Shown one piece after another: positions 50,266 to 63,015 of a stretch of DNA of 64,000 nt. Origin of the DNA: Lama glama (taxonomy: Eukaryota); assembly GCA_028534125.1 (NCBI GenBank), contig CM052817.1:36892001-36956000 (forward strand). The letters run 5' to 3'. Below the pieces are notes generated by a model that ran no database searches, was not told where the DNA came from, and saw only the letters and a program-made list of their open reading frames with translations. The position numbers and the translations under genes are program-made. Position 1 is the stretch's first letter, and each line of letters starts with the position of its first letter.

Positions 50266-51480
50266 TAAGAGGAATATTCTGTTTTTACAAAATTAGTATT
50301 GAATATGATCATTAAGAACAACTTCCTGTGAGCTCCTAATGTAATTTCACCATTCTAATCTTAAGTAAACAAGTGCTTGTAATTTTTTTATATTGGAATT
50401 TTTTGAGTTTTTTAAAAACATTCCTATCTCTTCTCCATAGTGGTAGTTAAACTAATTCTTTGTTTTGAGGTTTGGGAGTGGATTTTAAATTTATTTCATT
50501 TTTTTCCTAATTGTGAGACCATTTGAAAATTGCATCTGGCTATTTGGAGACAGTTTAGAAATTTACAATGCTACAACTTAGTTATTTGAAAAAGATTCAT
50601 ATCCATCTGCTACAGAAATTGATTCTTTTCAAATCTGGACACCTCAGGATGTTCTGATCTTGGGGAAAATTGCTAGTAGAATAAACATGAATAACACTGA
50701 GTACACCATATCTCTCATTTTTTCTTTGCCAACCCTAAATAATGCTTAGAATAGATTACAGGCTTCAGTTCTCCAAGTTTTCCTACTTGGGACTTCCTTT
50801 CTATACTGCTCCATGGGCCAATCAAAGGATTCCAAGAGTCAACTCTTTGTGGAGGGAGAAAGATTGGTTGGGAAAAGAGTAGGTCAATCTGAAAGTTAAA
50901 GTCTTTCAAGGTGTATCTTACTGTCAGTGACAGACCAGTGGCAATCCTGATAGAGATGTGTGAAAACCTTCGATGACACATCTAGTAAGATCAAAAGTGA
51001 TGGTGTCAAAACATCTGAGATTCCATAAAATGCCAGGCAGATACTCTTGGTTCTGTATACAAACAAAAAAAAATATTTTCTCCCAATTTGTTCTTACTTT
51101 TCCTGATGGCTATTTTGCTTTGCTAAAAAGGTATGTAATTTTGGCAAACCGGATTATGCATATATTATATTTCTTTAAATGTAATTAAATATAATTTATA
51201 TGTACAAAAAATTCATCAAATGCACCATCAACATGTCAAAGGACAATAAAAAAGATAGTGATAAAATGGATTTCTGTCTTAGCAGTTACATTAACTGTGT
51301 TTGGCAACTCTGGGATATCTGAATTTGATGACCAGGAGCATAATAATCACTAACACTTTTGACAACAGTAATTATTACATAGACAAGTAACATGTCACTT
51401 AGATATGCATTAAGTTTCTTGTGAAATTAACATCCTCAGTCCTTCATTTGATCTGTATGTTTAAGAATCCACATGAACCA

Positions 51481-51667
51481 AAATGGAAAGATATCCCATG
51501 CTCTTGGATTGGGAGAATCAACATTGCTAAAATGGCCATACTACCCAAAGCATCTGTGGATTTAAATAACTGGGTATCATGCAGTATCATAGTATTTATT
51601 GAAAAAAATATCTGTGTATAAGTAGAACTACACAGTTCAAACCCATGTTGTTCGAGGTTCAACTGTA
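51481..51667 (+). mobile_element. Short internal L1 ORF2 fragment fused to a Tigger2/MER8-like right end
   Basis: 51481-51552 encodes [24 protein letters not shown]. It is followed by ...gtataagtagaactacacagttcaaacccatgttgttcgaggttcaactg|TA. Confidence 0.75.
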
Positions 51668-51755
51668 CTTCTTATCTCTCCATCTCATCATCTTTTCTGT
51701 AATTTCTCTATGAATCCAATACTTCAGGCATACTCATGCCTTGTCACCACCCATT

Positions 51756-54260
51756 GTATTAGATAGGGTTCACCAGAGAAACAGAACCAACAGGATATGT
51801 AGAAATACGTAAGAGATAAAGATACAGATATATTATAAGAATAGGCACATGATTATGGAGACTGAGAAGTCTCATGATGTAAAATTGACAATGCTTAAAT
51901 ACTGTTATAAGGTCAATACATCTTATGTTACATGATAAGGAAATAAGAGAGGAAAAAAACAAAGATATTTGAAATAGACAGATAGATAGACAGACAGACA
52001 GACACACAGATGTACTCATGACAAAATAAGGAGGAAATGCTCATAACAATTACAGTCCTCATTTATGTAACTGGTCATGTGGTCATAGTTGGTATTTGTA
52101 ACTATTTTCTTCTACTACTACACATTCTATGTGCCCTTTGCCTTCAGCAAGCACCTCAGCTGGCCATGGTTCTTACCTGGTGTGGTCACCCAAATCTTCA
52201 TTCCTGAAGGGTCTGGGCCATTTGTAGTCCTGCCTGGATTGGGTGGTTGTAGTTTTCCATTGACCTTAATCACAGTGCATGCTAATTCTAAGAGACACCC
52301 TAACAGATCTCCTGTATTCCAGATATACATTTCCTTACCTACATTGTGGAGTAACAGTTCAATCTCCTCTTGGTAATCATGATCAGTCACTCCAGCCAAC
52401 AGCATAATTCTCTTCTTAACCTGTTGTCTCAGAGGCATGAGGAGCTCCAAGTGGCCAGATGAAAGGATTAACTTCCAGTTCAATGGAATCATTGTTGAGT
52501 TTTCCCTCTGGAACTAAGACCTCCGGGTCAGCAAAGCATAAAGTCACAGAAACAAGGAGCAAATACGTTGCTGATGGATCACTTGGGTTAATAGTGAGTG
52601 GTGCCACTACAATTTTCACTCCTTGCTCACTAGACTCATAAATCCTGGCTTCTAGTGGTCTTTATGGACAAAGATGGAAAAAAGGCATTTGCCAGATCAA
52701 TGTTGCATACCAGTTACTAGTTAATTTTCTCAAGCAATGAAACTGCATCTGGTACAGCAGCTACAATTGGAGTCACCACCTAGTTAAGTTTACAATAACC
52801 CACTGTCATTCTCCAGGATCCAGCTAACTTCTGCACAGGCCAATAGGAGAGCTGAATGGGGATGTGGTAGGAGTCACTACCCTTGCACATTTCAGGTCCC
52901 TGATGGTGGCACTAATCTCTGTAAATCCTCCAGAAAAAGCAGTATCACTTGTGATTTACTATTTTTCTAGGTAGAGTCAGTTCTAATGCTTTCACTTGAC
53001 CTTTCTCACCATAATACTCCTTACTCCACAAGTCAGGAAATGGGTATAAGGATTCTGTCAGCTGCTAAGTGTGTCTACTTCAATTATGCACTCTGCAACT
53101 GGGGAAATAACAGCAGGATGGGTTTTGGGACCCACTAGACCCACTGTGAGATGGACTTGTGCTAAAATTCCACCAATTACCTGAGCTCCCTAAACCCCTA
53201 TTCTGACTGGGGGCCCCACAGTGACATTTGGGGTGTCCTGTATTAGCGTCAGTTCAGAGATAGTATCCAGTAGTCCCTGCAAGGTCTGATTATTTCCTTT
53301 TCCACATTATGTACAGTTATCCTGATAAAAGGCCATAGGTCCCTTTGGGAGAAGCTGAAAGAAAGATTAATAATATAAATTTTCAGTAGTGCACAGGATT
53401 CTGCCTCAAAAGGCTGGAATCCCTGCTTCTTTCAAGGAATTCTGGATCTGTAAACTGTCAAGTCTGGGAATTGACTGAGGGACTGTAACTCTCAGTTTTT
53501 ACCACTTGAGTTAGACTTTTATTTTCTTGACATAGAATTTTTCTGCTTATACAGATAAAACAAGAATTTAGTGAGTTCTCCATCTATTTCATTTCTAGGA
53601 ACACCATGATGAACTAGCCAATACCATAGATCTGTCCAAGTCAGAATAGTCTGATTGCTGTTTTAACTCTGCTATCTGTTATGGTAGCCACACTCAACTT
53701 GCCTTTGGAGGTTGAGTGTCACCACTTGGCCCCTGCCACCCCAGGATCCAGTTACCCACCCCCCCGCCCCATTACATTTTGTTATTCAAATTGAATATCA
53801 GGTTCTCACTGTAAAGTCTGGCTTACAAAGAAGAGCGATCATGGAGATCTTCAGTGATGCTGGAGCTGCCTTCACAAATTTATTTCTCAAAGTATTGAAG
53901 AGAGGTATGTCTTCTGGACTTTCCCAGTGTAGGTGAGTAGGTCTGAAACGACAAATCCACTCTAATATCACTATTTCTCTAAGTCTCTGAATCCCTTCCT
54001 CTACATTAAACCAAGAGAGGTCAGGCATTTCCAGTCTGCTCACTGTGAGCCACATTTTGGTGCTTGTTTCAGTCGATCAACTGACCAACTCTTAGAGCCC
54101 TTTCTAACTCCCTGAGCTCCAACATTAAATGCAGAATCTCTGTTTCATGAGCCCATATCAATAAATTCAGCCTGACCTAACTTTATCTTTCTTCCACCAT
54201 TATCCCACATCCTTATTATCTATTTCCACACGTTTCCTAGATTTCTGCTTGTATAAGTAC
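51756..54260 (-). mobile_element. ERVL provirus remnant (partial MLT2 3' LTR, dUTPase, RT N-terminus, protease, gag)
   Basis: MLT2 end tgtattagatagggttcaccagagaaacagaacc. ORF 52127..52492 (LLAGVTDHDYQEEIELLLHN...VIKVNGKLQPPNPGR) is ERVL dUTPase-like. An RT motif near 52680-52710 reads about IDLANAFF. ORF 53798..54055 (LEMPDLSWFNVEEGIQRLREI) is ERVL Gag. Confidence 0.9.
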
Positions 54261-57200
54261 AATGAAAATGAATTATTAGAAAAATGATCACATTTGAATT
54301 TCATAGCAATGTGAAGTTGTTATAAAGGTTATAAATGCTTACTCTAAATTTCTGTAATTCTGAACAGTTAATAACCTATAACAACTCCACTGATTAGCAC
54401 TGAAATGAATACTGTAAATATTTGTAGGTTGATGAGATTATTTCAAAAGCTATAAAAAGCTAGAATTGGCAATGATACTGCCAAAATCCTAGCGATAGAC
54501 ATTCTGGACTGAGATATCTCTCCATCAAACACTCCTCTGAAGATAGGTAGTAAAGCATGTGACTAAATTTAATTTATACACAACTCTAGTATTATCTAGC
54601 TGTTGTTTTCCTATCTGGTAAGTCTAGGGTAAGTTTACTTATCAATGGCCATTTTGTTTCAAGATGGCAGTCTGACTCTTTCTAAAGTGTAGAGCCATGA
54701 AGAATATTGTGAATTTGTTTTTCTGATTGTTTTTGGGGGGTTGCTTATTTTATTTGTTTTCAGTCTAGTCAGAATGGAAACGAGGACTGTGATAAGATTC
54801 CTTGGTTGAACCAAATGGCTACATTCCTCATTTACACTCTTGAAAATGAAATGCAGTCCCAACAATTATGAAGGGAGATGAGTTAAACCTTAAAAATAAA
54901 ACCCAGAACCAGTAATAAACATCATGCTCTTGGTTTGTCCAGACAAATCAACAAAGGTGAGGAGAAGTATGTCGAATTTCAGAAATATGTCAAAATGTAT
55001 CAAACTTCAGAAAACCGAAGTCAGAGAGATTCCTAGGAAAGGAAACATCTACAAAGTTAGTGTCCAGCAACCTCAATTCCAGAAGAGAACTCAAATTCAT
55101 TTTAGGGATGGGAACTGTGAAATACCAGAATTTGACCAATTATGGTGGACTCAGTAGCAGAATGGAATAGAAACATGGACCTCCCTGTCTCCATGAGGCA
55201 GGTGAGAAATGGCAGTCGAGGAGTTATGCCATCCTGCAGGGTTTAAACAGGGAAGAAATCTGTGTGCAAAACACTAGGACCAAGAAGAAATGACAATATG
55301 TGTTCAGGGTACTGAGAGTAATCAGCAAAAAAGATGCAAATTCCCACAGGTGGTGATCGGGAATGGGCAATGTTTAAGGAACAGGCAGGCATCTGGAAGT
55401 TCTGCCAGAATTTAGGAAAAAGACTAGCAAGATAAGCAGAGTTTATGTTTTAGCAGAAACACACCTCCTGAGAAAGTAAAAATTAGCTTGGACTGAGAGT
55501 TGAAAATCTACCCACCCTTTGTCAGACTGGAATAACAGACACAGATAAAGCCAGCTGCATATGTAACAGAAAACAACCTCTCTTTCAAGGATACTGAAGC
55601 TGTAAAGTGTCACAGCAACCTCCTACTTTGAATGGCTCCTGCGTTATTCATCAGTGAGAAATTTTATTCTCTAAAATCATAGGTTATCAGAGATTTTTCT
55701 GTTTAAAATCGTATCAGTAAAAGTAAAACACTTTACCCTTGCCTAGGTTTAAGGTAATTTGACACAAAGATTCAGTCTCAATTTAACACCCAGGTTCAGA
55801 GATTCAGATACAACAGTCCACATCCACCTTTGCACTTTCCAAGGACACAGGAGCCTGGGTCTACTTCACAGTCCAAACTTAATACTGATCCCTTTAAGTC
55901 ACTGCTTCATTTAAATATCACCTCAGTTCCACCCTTTCCCAACATCCTATAATAGTTGTATCTTTTCCTTTGCTGAGACTCCCAAGGTTGCTCCGGTGAG
56001 CAGTCTCCTTCCTTGCTTTGGGTTGCAAAGCCTGATTGTGTCAGACAGTAGGTTTGCTTTCTGGGCATCTTAGGCTGATTGGGCTGGGACAATTCTAATC
56101 AGTATACATGCTAAAATAAGATGAGGAAGCTACGCAGAAACCCAGTTAGAAAGATCAACAGGCATTGTCACTTGGGGACAAGGTAAGAATCCATATAAGA
56201 GAATCGGGTTATCAGGATAAAACAAGAAGTAAATGTGCTTGTGTACCAAGCCTAAGTGTTGGTCTGTTATAGCCTGAGCGTTTTCTGCCTTCAGTTCAGA
56301 TTGATCTGAAAACAGGGAGATGGAGTTAGGATAGCAAGGAAGATTCAGTGGTTTCAACTGAGGAAAGTACCCGCGAGGTAGGAGCTAGGACCCAGGTGGT
56401 TGTGACTGAAATCTTGGAAGCAGGCAAAAGAGCTGGTGATATAATTCAAGCACAGCAACCCCTGTCTAGGGGGTTTGACTCGGACCTCACATAGGGAGAC
56501 GCCTAGGAATTAAATTCTGCAAAGGACAAAGTATTTCCTCCCCACAGACACTTCTTCTCCATAAAGGAGAGGGAAAAAAAGGAAAGAGTAAAGGAGGGAG
56601 GGATATAGCTAGTGGCAAAGCTCAAAATAATGGACTGGGGAGGAAGGGAAGCACCTTATGATAAAGCTCTTTGGAAATGCAGTGTTTCATACTAGATTTG
56701 AGACTGTGCAAACCAATGGAAAACACATTGAGATTAATGTATTGGTGATCTTTACTTAACATTGTTTTCTCAGCTACATGGGTACTCCGTAGGAATTGAT
56801 TCTATTTTTCTTTTTCTTTTTTTAGCATATAAACCCAAGATCCCTGTTCAGAGGCGAGAGGTTGGAGAGGTTGGGAACATTGAGTTGTTGGCTTGTTTCA
56901 ATCTCTAGAGGATTTGCTTGCAAGTGGCAGTGAATGGATCACCGTGAGAACACAATGATATTTTAATCTGTGACTAAACTGTTCTATTCTGTTCCTGCTC
57001 CTTTTAGGGAAAGGAAAATTGTTCCTAGTTATTTTGGTCTAAAAGTTTTTCAGAACTTCCATTACAAACGATAAAGCAAGTTTGACTTCTGGGAAATTCC
57101 ATTCCAATTAATAATTTTAGATGTATTTATATGGTGAGGCATGGACTCTTTAGTCTTTTTATAATCTATTTTAAGAAATAGATTTTATAATGACAACAAC

Positions 57201-58199
57201 AACAACAACAACAACAAAAAACACCTTACTACATTTCTTGATTTGTGGTATGAGCAGGTGCAGAAGGAAATCCTGGGTCAGGTGGGAAGGGTAAGATGAT
57301 CTCTGAGAGCCAATTTTAAAGTCATGCATCTTCAGTCTACATGGAGTAACCTACACAACCAAAAAAGAAACCTTGAATTCCCAATAATCTCCAGCACCAT
57401 CATGATAACCTCTTGTTCAAAAGATGGCAGTGTTACCTTAGCTCTTTTACTGTAGCACAGAAACCCATCCCCTCAACCACTCTCGCCCCACTCCTCCACA
57501 CATATATCACTATTATTTTTAACCACCGCTTCCAAAGTGGGAAAGAAACTTAAGAGCTTTGTAAGGAGAAAAGTGAATGTGAAAAGTAAATACAAAGTGA
57601 CTACTAGCAGTATTAACGTTTTATAACGCTTTTCTAAACCAATGGCTTTCACATCTTTTTTACTGCAACCAACAGTATATGGATATATATTTGTGTACGT
57701 ATGTAAATAGAGATATCGTCGAGTCTCACAAAACACTACATATAATGCACTAAAGATTTTTCTTTTTTATTCTTTCATTTTAGAAAACGTTGGTCATGAG
57801 TCACTAAACTGATATCATGATCTACTAAATGAGTGGCCACCAGTGGTTTAAAAAATATTGCTCTCATGGGCAATGTTAGCAGATAGTTCATTAATCTTTA
57901 CTCCAGAAAAGAACCTAAAAGCCTCAATTTTGTTTTCCAGTACTGGACTTCTTGTGTTCAAAGGAACTACTCTTGCGATGTTCTTTTGGAGTGTCTCTAT
58001 TTTTGCCTTCAAGGTCCAGAGGTCAATGCAGATATGATTACACAGGAAAAACAGGATTGTAGTCTTCCTTCATTGTTTCTATCTCCTCCACCCTCAGAAA
58101 CACTTTTTAAGGTGAAGCCTTTATAAGAACTGGCTGGAAATTCATCCAGCTTGATTCAGATGACACTTGCAGAGGCTCTCATTGGACTAGAAATGGCTA

Positions 58200-58600
58200 A
58201 GAAAGTGATAGAAAAAGGGACAGATTAAATATCTAAGGCATTTCACAAAAGGAAATACAACACACCTGTGAAAAAAAGGTCAGTCTGCGTGTAATGAACC
58301 AATATTCAAGGTATAGTCTTAGGTTAAAAAGAGTAAGTTAAGCACATGTGTATAGTAGACTTCCATGTGTTTTTAAAACACATATGTGTTTATATGTGCA
58401 TAGGCTGTTTCTGGAAAGTTCCACAAGTTAGTAATAATGGGAATTGCCTCTTTGGAAGAGAAATAGAGGCCTGGGAGTCTGGAGTGATAGAGATTTAATA
58501 TTTTTGTACACCTTTTCATAGTGTTTGAAATTTTTATTTTGTGTATATACATATATTACTTTTTCAATTCAAAATAGTTAATTTTTAAAAATATGCTGGA
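58200..58600 (+). mobile_element. Old L1 3' fragment (L1ME-like)
   Basis: Degenerate 3' UTR-like sequence ...ttgcctctttggaagagaaatagaggcctgggag...tgtttgaaatttttattttgtgtatata. Confidence 0.5.
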
Positions 58601-60304
58601 GGAAGTAAGTACTCACAAACTCATCAAGTTGAAGGGAGTTTTTCTTGTGAACAGTCATATAAATTGATGTTTATTATAGCACCAAAATTCATTATCTTTC
58701 TCATTTATATATCTTATATAATTTACAAAGAGTGTCACATTCATTGCCTGATTTAGTGCTCACAACAACCTTTTGCAACAGGTGGGACAGTTACTAGAAG
58801 CCACACTTAACAAATTGGAAAAAAACAAAAAACCCTGAAGCCTAAAAGAGTTAAAAATCTAGAGCATATTTTAAGGAAGGAAGTTTGGAGTCATTTACAT
58901 GACTGTGATATAGCAGAAACCTGAAATTTTACAGTATTATGAGTTACCAAATAGTTTCTAAATAGCAGTATTTTTTAAAGCCTTCAGCAATATTCCTTGC
59001 AATATTAACCTCTTAACTAAGAAACTTGCATAAAGTAGGAAGAAGGTGGGGAAAAGCCTACTGAAACTCTTTGTGTAAAATATGCCTAATATTAGGACAT
59101 AAATTAATGACTGGTTGAAAATTAACATTAAAGAAGTTGCATTTAAAACTTCGCCATATAGAATTTTGTCTTTGAATTAGAACAAATCTAAAATAATCAT
59201 CCAAGTGGAAAAAGGAAAATTAATGAATTCTTACTACTAAATCTTGAATAATACCGTAAAGGTTTATGGCTATGGTCACTCCCAGAGTCCCCAGACGTCC
59301 AATTTACACCTCTTGTCCCCACGTAATTACTCATAACACCCCTTTCACTCTCAGGTGTATCCTAGCTTGGGCAATAGTTTATATCTCCGCCCTATTAAAT
59401 ATTACACTCTAGCCTCATGTACCTTTAAGATCCTCATGTTCTAGGGTTAGCGCGTCAACTCAAAACTAAGAATTAACCTCATTCATGCAAAATCTGAAGA
59501 AACTATGTTCAGATTTTAGCTACATGTATGACTCTCAAAAATGGGTAGTTTCCAAAGTATCACTGCTACCACTGGCAACTGTTGGATTTGTTAAAGAGAT
59601 TAATAGTGAGGAGGGAGCCTCGGGGTCTGATTTGGAAATTTTGACATGCAGGGGTTTAAAAGGCAAGTGTGAACCAAGTTTGACTTGGTGAGACTGAGGT
59701 TGAAGACAAATAATTGACTCCATTTAACAGAGTTCTGAACAGAGAGTTCAAAATTGCACCCCTTTCAAGAGTCCTTCATTCATGAGTTCATCTATGTATT
59801 AATTGTTGGAGAGTGCCTACTGGAGGCAAGACATGTTCTAAGCACTGATTCAGTTTTGTCAGTAGTTTTAGGGGCTTCACGCTACGTTTCCAGCAGTTTG
59901 CAGGAATGTGATACTACACGTGAAATTTTGTTGTATAAACCGGCCTCTGGATTCTTTTCTGACTAGCACTGTTTAGAATTTCCATAATTTGCAATTACTC
60001 TATTCACTAATTACAAAGATTATTCCTATGGTCCAGGTAGGTTAAATTGTTGCTGCAATTCTTTTTTCATATTACAAGTGTATTTTGTTCTTAGAACAAG
60101 CATATTAGTTATAACCAAGCTGGATATCATGGTAACAGCATCTTTTACTCGGCAGTATGCAGACCATCTATCCAGGACATATAATTACTGACTGATTAAG
60201 GCAATGCCACAGGTTGTTTATAAGATGTGTTTACTTGCTACGTTCTCTAAAGCACTTGGCACTTGAGTTGAAGTTACTGAGTAAGTGATTAATTGAGGTT
60301 TCTG

Positions 60305-60607
60305 TGTAAAGTATTAAAGAATATTTTAATTGTTAAGTTATGTTTACGTTTATACTTTTAACAAAATCTTTTCAGGGCATTATTTAACATGCACGTACAC
60401 AGTCAGATTCTCTCTCTGAAGGTGTTGGCACTTGGTTCTGAATCTGACAGTTTGACTACTTCTCTCGTCGTTTCTGTGGATATGTGGATGTTTACATATG
60501 TCTTCTGTTTATTTCTCCCCTTTCTCTACTTCCCTGGAAATCTTTACTTCCTATCAATTACTCACCAGATTTTTCACAAAAGGAATCTCATGGGTTTTTC
60601 TTTAGTT
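60305..60607 (-). other. DSPP: DSPP 3' UTR with poly(A) signals AATAAA (60508-60513) and ATTAAA (60325-60330)
   Basis: Follows the TAG. AAGAAAAACCCATGAGATTCCTTTTGTGAAAA...AATTAAAATATTCTTTAATAC resembles the recalled human DSPP 3' UTR. Confidence 0.8.
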
Positions 60608-60829
60608 CTAATCATCACTGGTTGAGTGATTACTGTCACTGCCTTCACTGTCACTATCACTGTCACTTCCACTGTTGTTGCCATTACCAGGCTTGCTCTT
60701 GCTGTCACTCTCATCACTACTGTCAGATTCACTGTCACTGCTGTCACTACTGTCTGATTTACTGTCACTATCACTGCTATCACTGCTGTCACTGTCACTG
60801 CTGTCTGACTTACTGTCACTATCACTGCT
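60608..60829 (-). CDS. DSPP: Dentin sialophosphoprotein, C-terminal end of the phosphophoryn (DPP) domain, last exon, partial (5' side lost in N gap)
   Basis: Manual translation [73 protein letters not shown] shows DSS repeats and the characteristic SNHSTSDD terminus. It lies upstream of DMP1 in the same orientation, as in the known DSPP-DMP1-IBSP-MEPE-SPP1 order. The frame is absent from the ORF track because it has no start codon. Confidence 0.96.
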   Translation of the reverse strand, partial: SSDSDSKSDSSDSDSSDSSDSDSKSDSSDSSDSESDSSDESDSKSKPGNGNNSGSDSDSDSEGSDSNHSTSDD

Positions 60830-61329
60830 NNNNNNNNNNNNNNNNNNNNNNNNNNNNNNNNNNNNNNNNNNNNNNNNNNNNNNNNNNNNNNNNNNNNNNN
60901 NNNNNNNNNNNNNNNNNNNNNNNNNNNNNNNNNNNNNNNNNNNNNNNNNNNNNNNNNNNNNNNNNNNNNNNNNNNNNNNNNNNNNNNNNNNNNNNNNNNN
61001 NNNNNNNNNNNNNNNNNNNNNNNNNNNNNNNNNNNNNNNNNNNNNNNNNNNNNNNNNNNNNNNNNNNNNNNNNNNNNNNNNNNNNNNNNNNNNNNNNNNN
61101 NNNNNNNNNNNNNNNNNNNNNNNNNNNNNNNNNNNNNNNNNNNNNNNNNNNNNNNNNNNNNNNNNNNNNNNNNNNNNNNNNNNNNNNNNNNNNNNNNNNN
61201 NNNNNNNNNNNNNNNNNNNNNNNNNNNNNNNNNNNNNNNNNNNNNNNNNNNNNNNNNNNNNNNNNNNNNNNNNNNNNNNNNNNNNNNNNNNNNNNNNNNN
61301 NNNNNNNNNNNNNNNNNNNNNNNNNNNNN
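60830..61329. other. Assembly gap (500 N)
   Basis: Run of exactly 500 N starting inside the DPP repeat. Confidence 0.99.
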
Positions 61330-62069
61330 GTCTGATTCCTATCCTCCAAATTAGTACAGAGCTCAGGTTCAGAGCCGTGCTCCCCAGTTACATCCACACA
61401 TTGGGGAAGAACACAGAAACTAATATAACCTTACCGTCTTCTAATAACCTTTCCATTCTGCCTCCTAATTCAGCCAGAGCCCACTGGGATAGCACATTCA
61501 CACAGCTTCCCAAGGGTGAACAGGTGGGTTTGTAACACTAGATTTGTTTTGTCTGATGAGTCATCTTTGTCTTGTGTCTGGTAAAGATGAAGTTGTTTTG
61601 TCTCATTGTGGCCCTGAGAAGTATTTAAGGTTATATCCAGAGATATCTTTGTCTGACTATAAAAATAACACCAGATGGCATGTTGCAGGTATGAGCAGGA
61701 AGGTCGAGTGTATAGAGGTGGAAGGTATGAGAGATCAAGTGAGTGATGAGATGTTTCCCAGCCACACCATTGCAATTCCCTCCCTTTTCTCTCCTCTCCC
61801 TAGCACATGCACATTCCTAAAATCCACCGGAAACAGTTGCCTATCTGCACCTATTTCCAAGCATTTTCCCGCCCCCTCAGACATCCATCAGCAAGGTCAA
61901 CCCTAGGAAAAATTATGAAGTAGAATACACATCACTGCTCTTCCCCATCTCGGCCTTCCCTCTGTCCTCGTTCATGGTGTCTTCAAACTGCCCTCTTGAC
62001 AGTCACAAATTCTTCATAAAGGCCCCTGCCCTAACTAAAATTCTGTCCCTGCCTGTGTTTAACTAACCC

Positions 62070-62670
62070 ATTCTTTATTTCATCAAACCTATATAGAATG
62101 GTTACTATGAGCCAACCCTGCTCTAGGCTCTTGGATACACTAGTAGGCAAAACAGACACAAATCCCTGCCCTTAAGAAGTTTACATTCCAGCAGAGGCAG
62201 GCAGAAGATAAAACATGTTGCATTATAAATGAGTAAATAATTTAGTTGTAAAAGATCATTAATATTGTGTGAAAAAGGGACAGATGTTGAGCAGGGGAGA
62301 AGGAGAGAAGGATCAAGAGAGCCGAGGGGTGAAGGCTAAGATGCAGTTTGCAATATTCAATAGCGTGGTCAGAAGACGGCTCGAGGAGGAGAAACTGCAG
62401 CAAGGACTGGAGGTTGTAAGAGAATGAGCCAAGTGGATAAACTAGAAAAGAGCATCCCAGGCATAAGAAAGAGCAAGTACAAAGGCCCCCTGCCAGAGTG
62501 TGTCTGAAGGGTTTGAGGAGCAGCAAGAAGGCCAGCGTCTGGAGCACAGCGATTCGGAGGAGAGGAGCAGTGGGCGATGAGGTCAGCGAGACCCAGACAG
62601 TCAAAGCCTCTGGACCTTGTAGACCAACGCCAGGACTTTGGATGTGAAATGGGGAGCAAATGGAAATTAA
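62070..62670 (-). mobile_element. L2a 3' portion
   Basis: ttactatgagccaaccctgctctaggctcttggatacactagtaggcaaaacagacacaaatccctgccctt...gaggagcagcaagaaggccagcgtctggagc. Confidence 0.85.
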
Positions 62671-62876
62671 ACTACATTTCCTCTTGAATGTAATTGACCT
62701 CGACAGAATATTTCTCCTCTTTCAAGAAAACATACAAAAACCTAAGAAATAACATAATGGCAGGACCAACGACCTACCCAACTCAGTCTTCTACATGTAA
62801 AATGTTTCCAGCTTGCTGAGTGGAAGAGCCTTGTGCTATATGCTAATCAGTAACTTCCTCTTAAAATTCTATTGGT

Positions 62877-63015
62877 GGGGGCAGGGTATAGCTCAGTGGT
62901 AGAGCACCTGCTCCGCATTCATGAGGTCCTGGGTTCAATCCCCGGTACCGCCATTAAAAAAATAAATAAACAAATAAAACTAACTACCCCCCCCCAAAAA
63001 AATTAAAATAAAAAA
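62877..63015 (+). mobile_element. tRNA-Ala-derived SINE (vic-1-like, camelid)
   Basis: gggtatagctcagtggtagagcacctgctccgcattcatgaggtcctgggttcaatccccggtacc + AT-rich/C-run/A tail. TSD AAAAttCTATTGG (62863-62875) and AAAAcaCTATTGG (63016-63028). Confidence 0.9.

Noticed and set aside
60484..61535. Cys/His-rich (metallothionein- or keratin-associated-like) and Leu/Ser-rich ORFs of about 285 aa
   Set aside because: Antisense readings of the DSPP Asp-Ser-Ser repeat, artificially extended through the N gap.
62877..62955. tRNA-Ala-like sequence (also 37215-37290)
   Set aside because: Anticodon arm or D-arm mismatches, an attached AT-rich tail and flanking TSDs show these are SINE heads, not tRNA genes.
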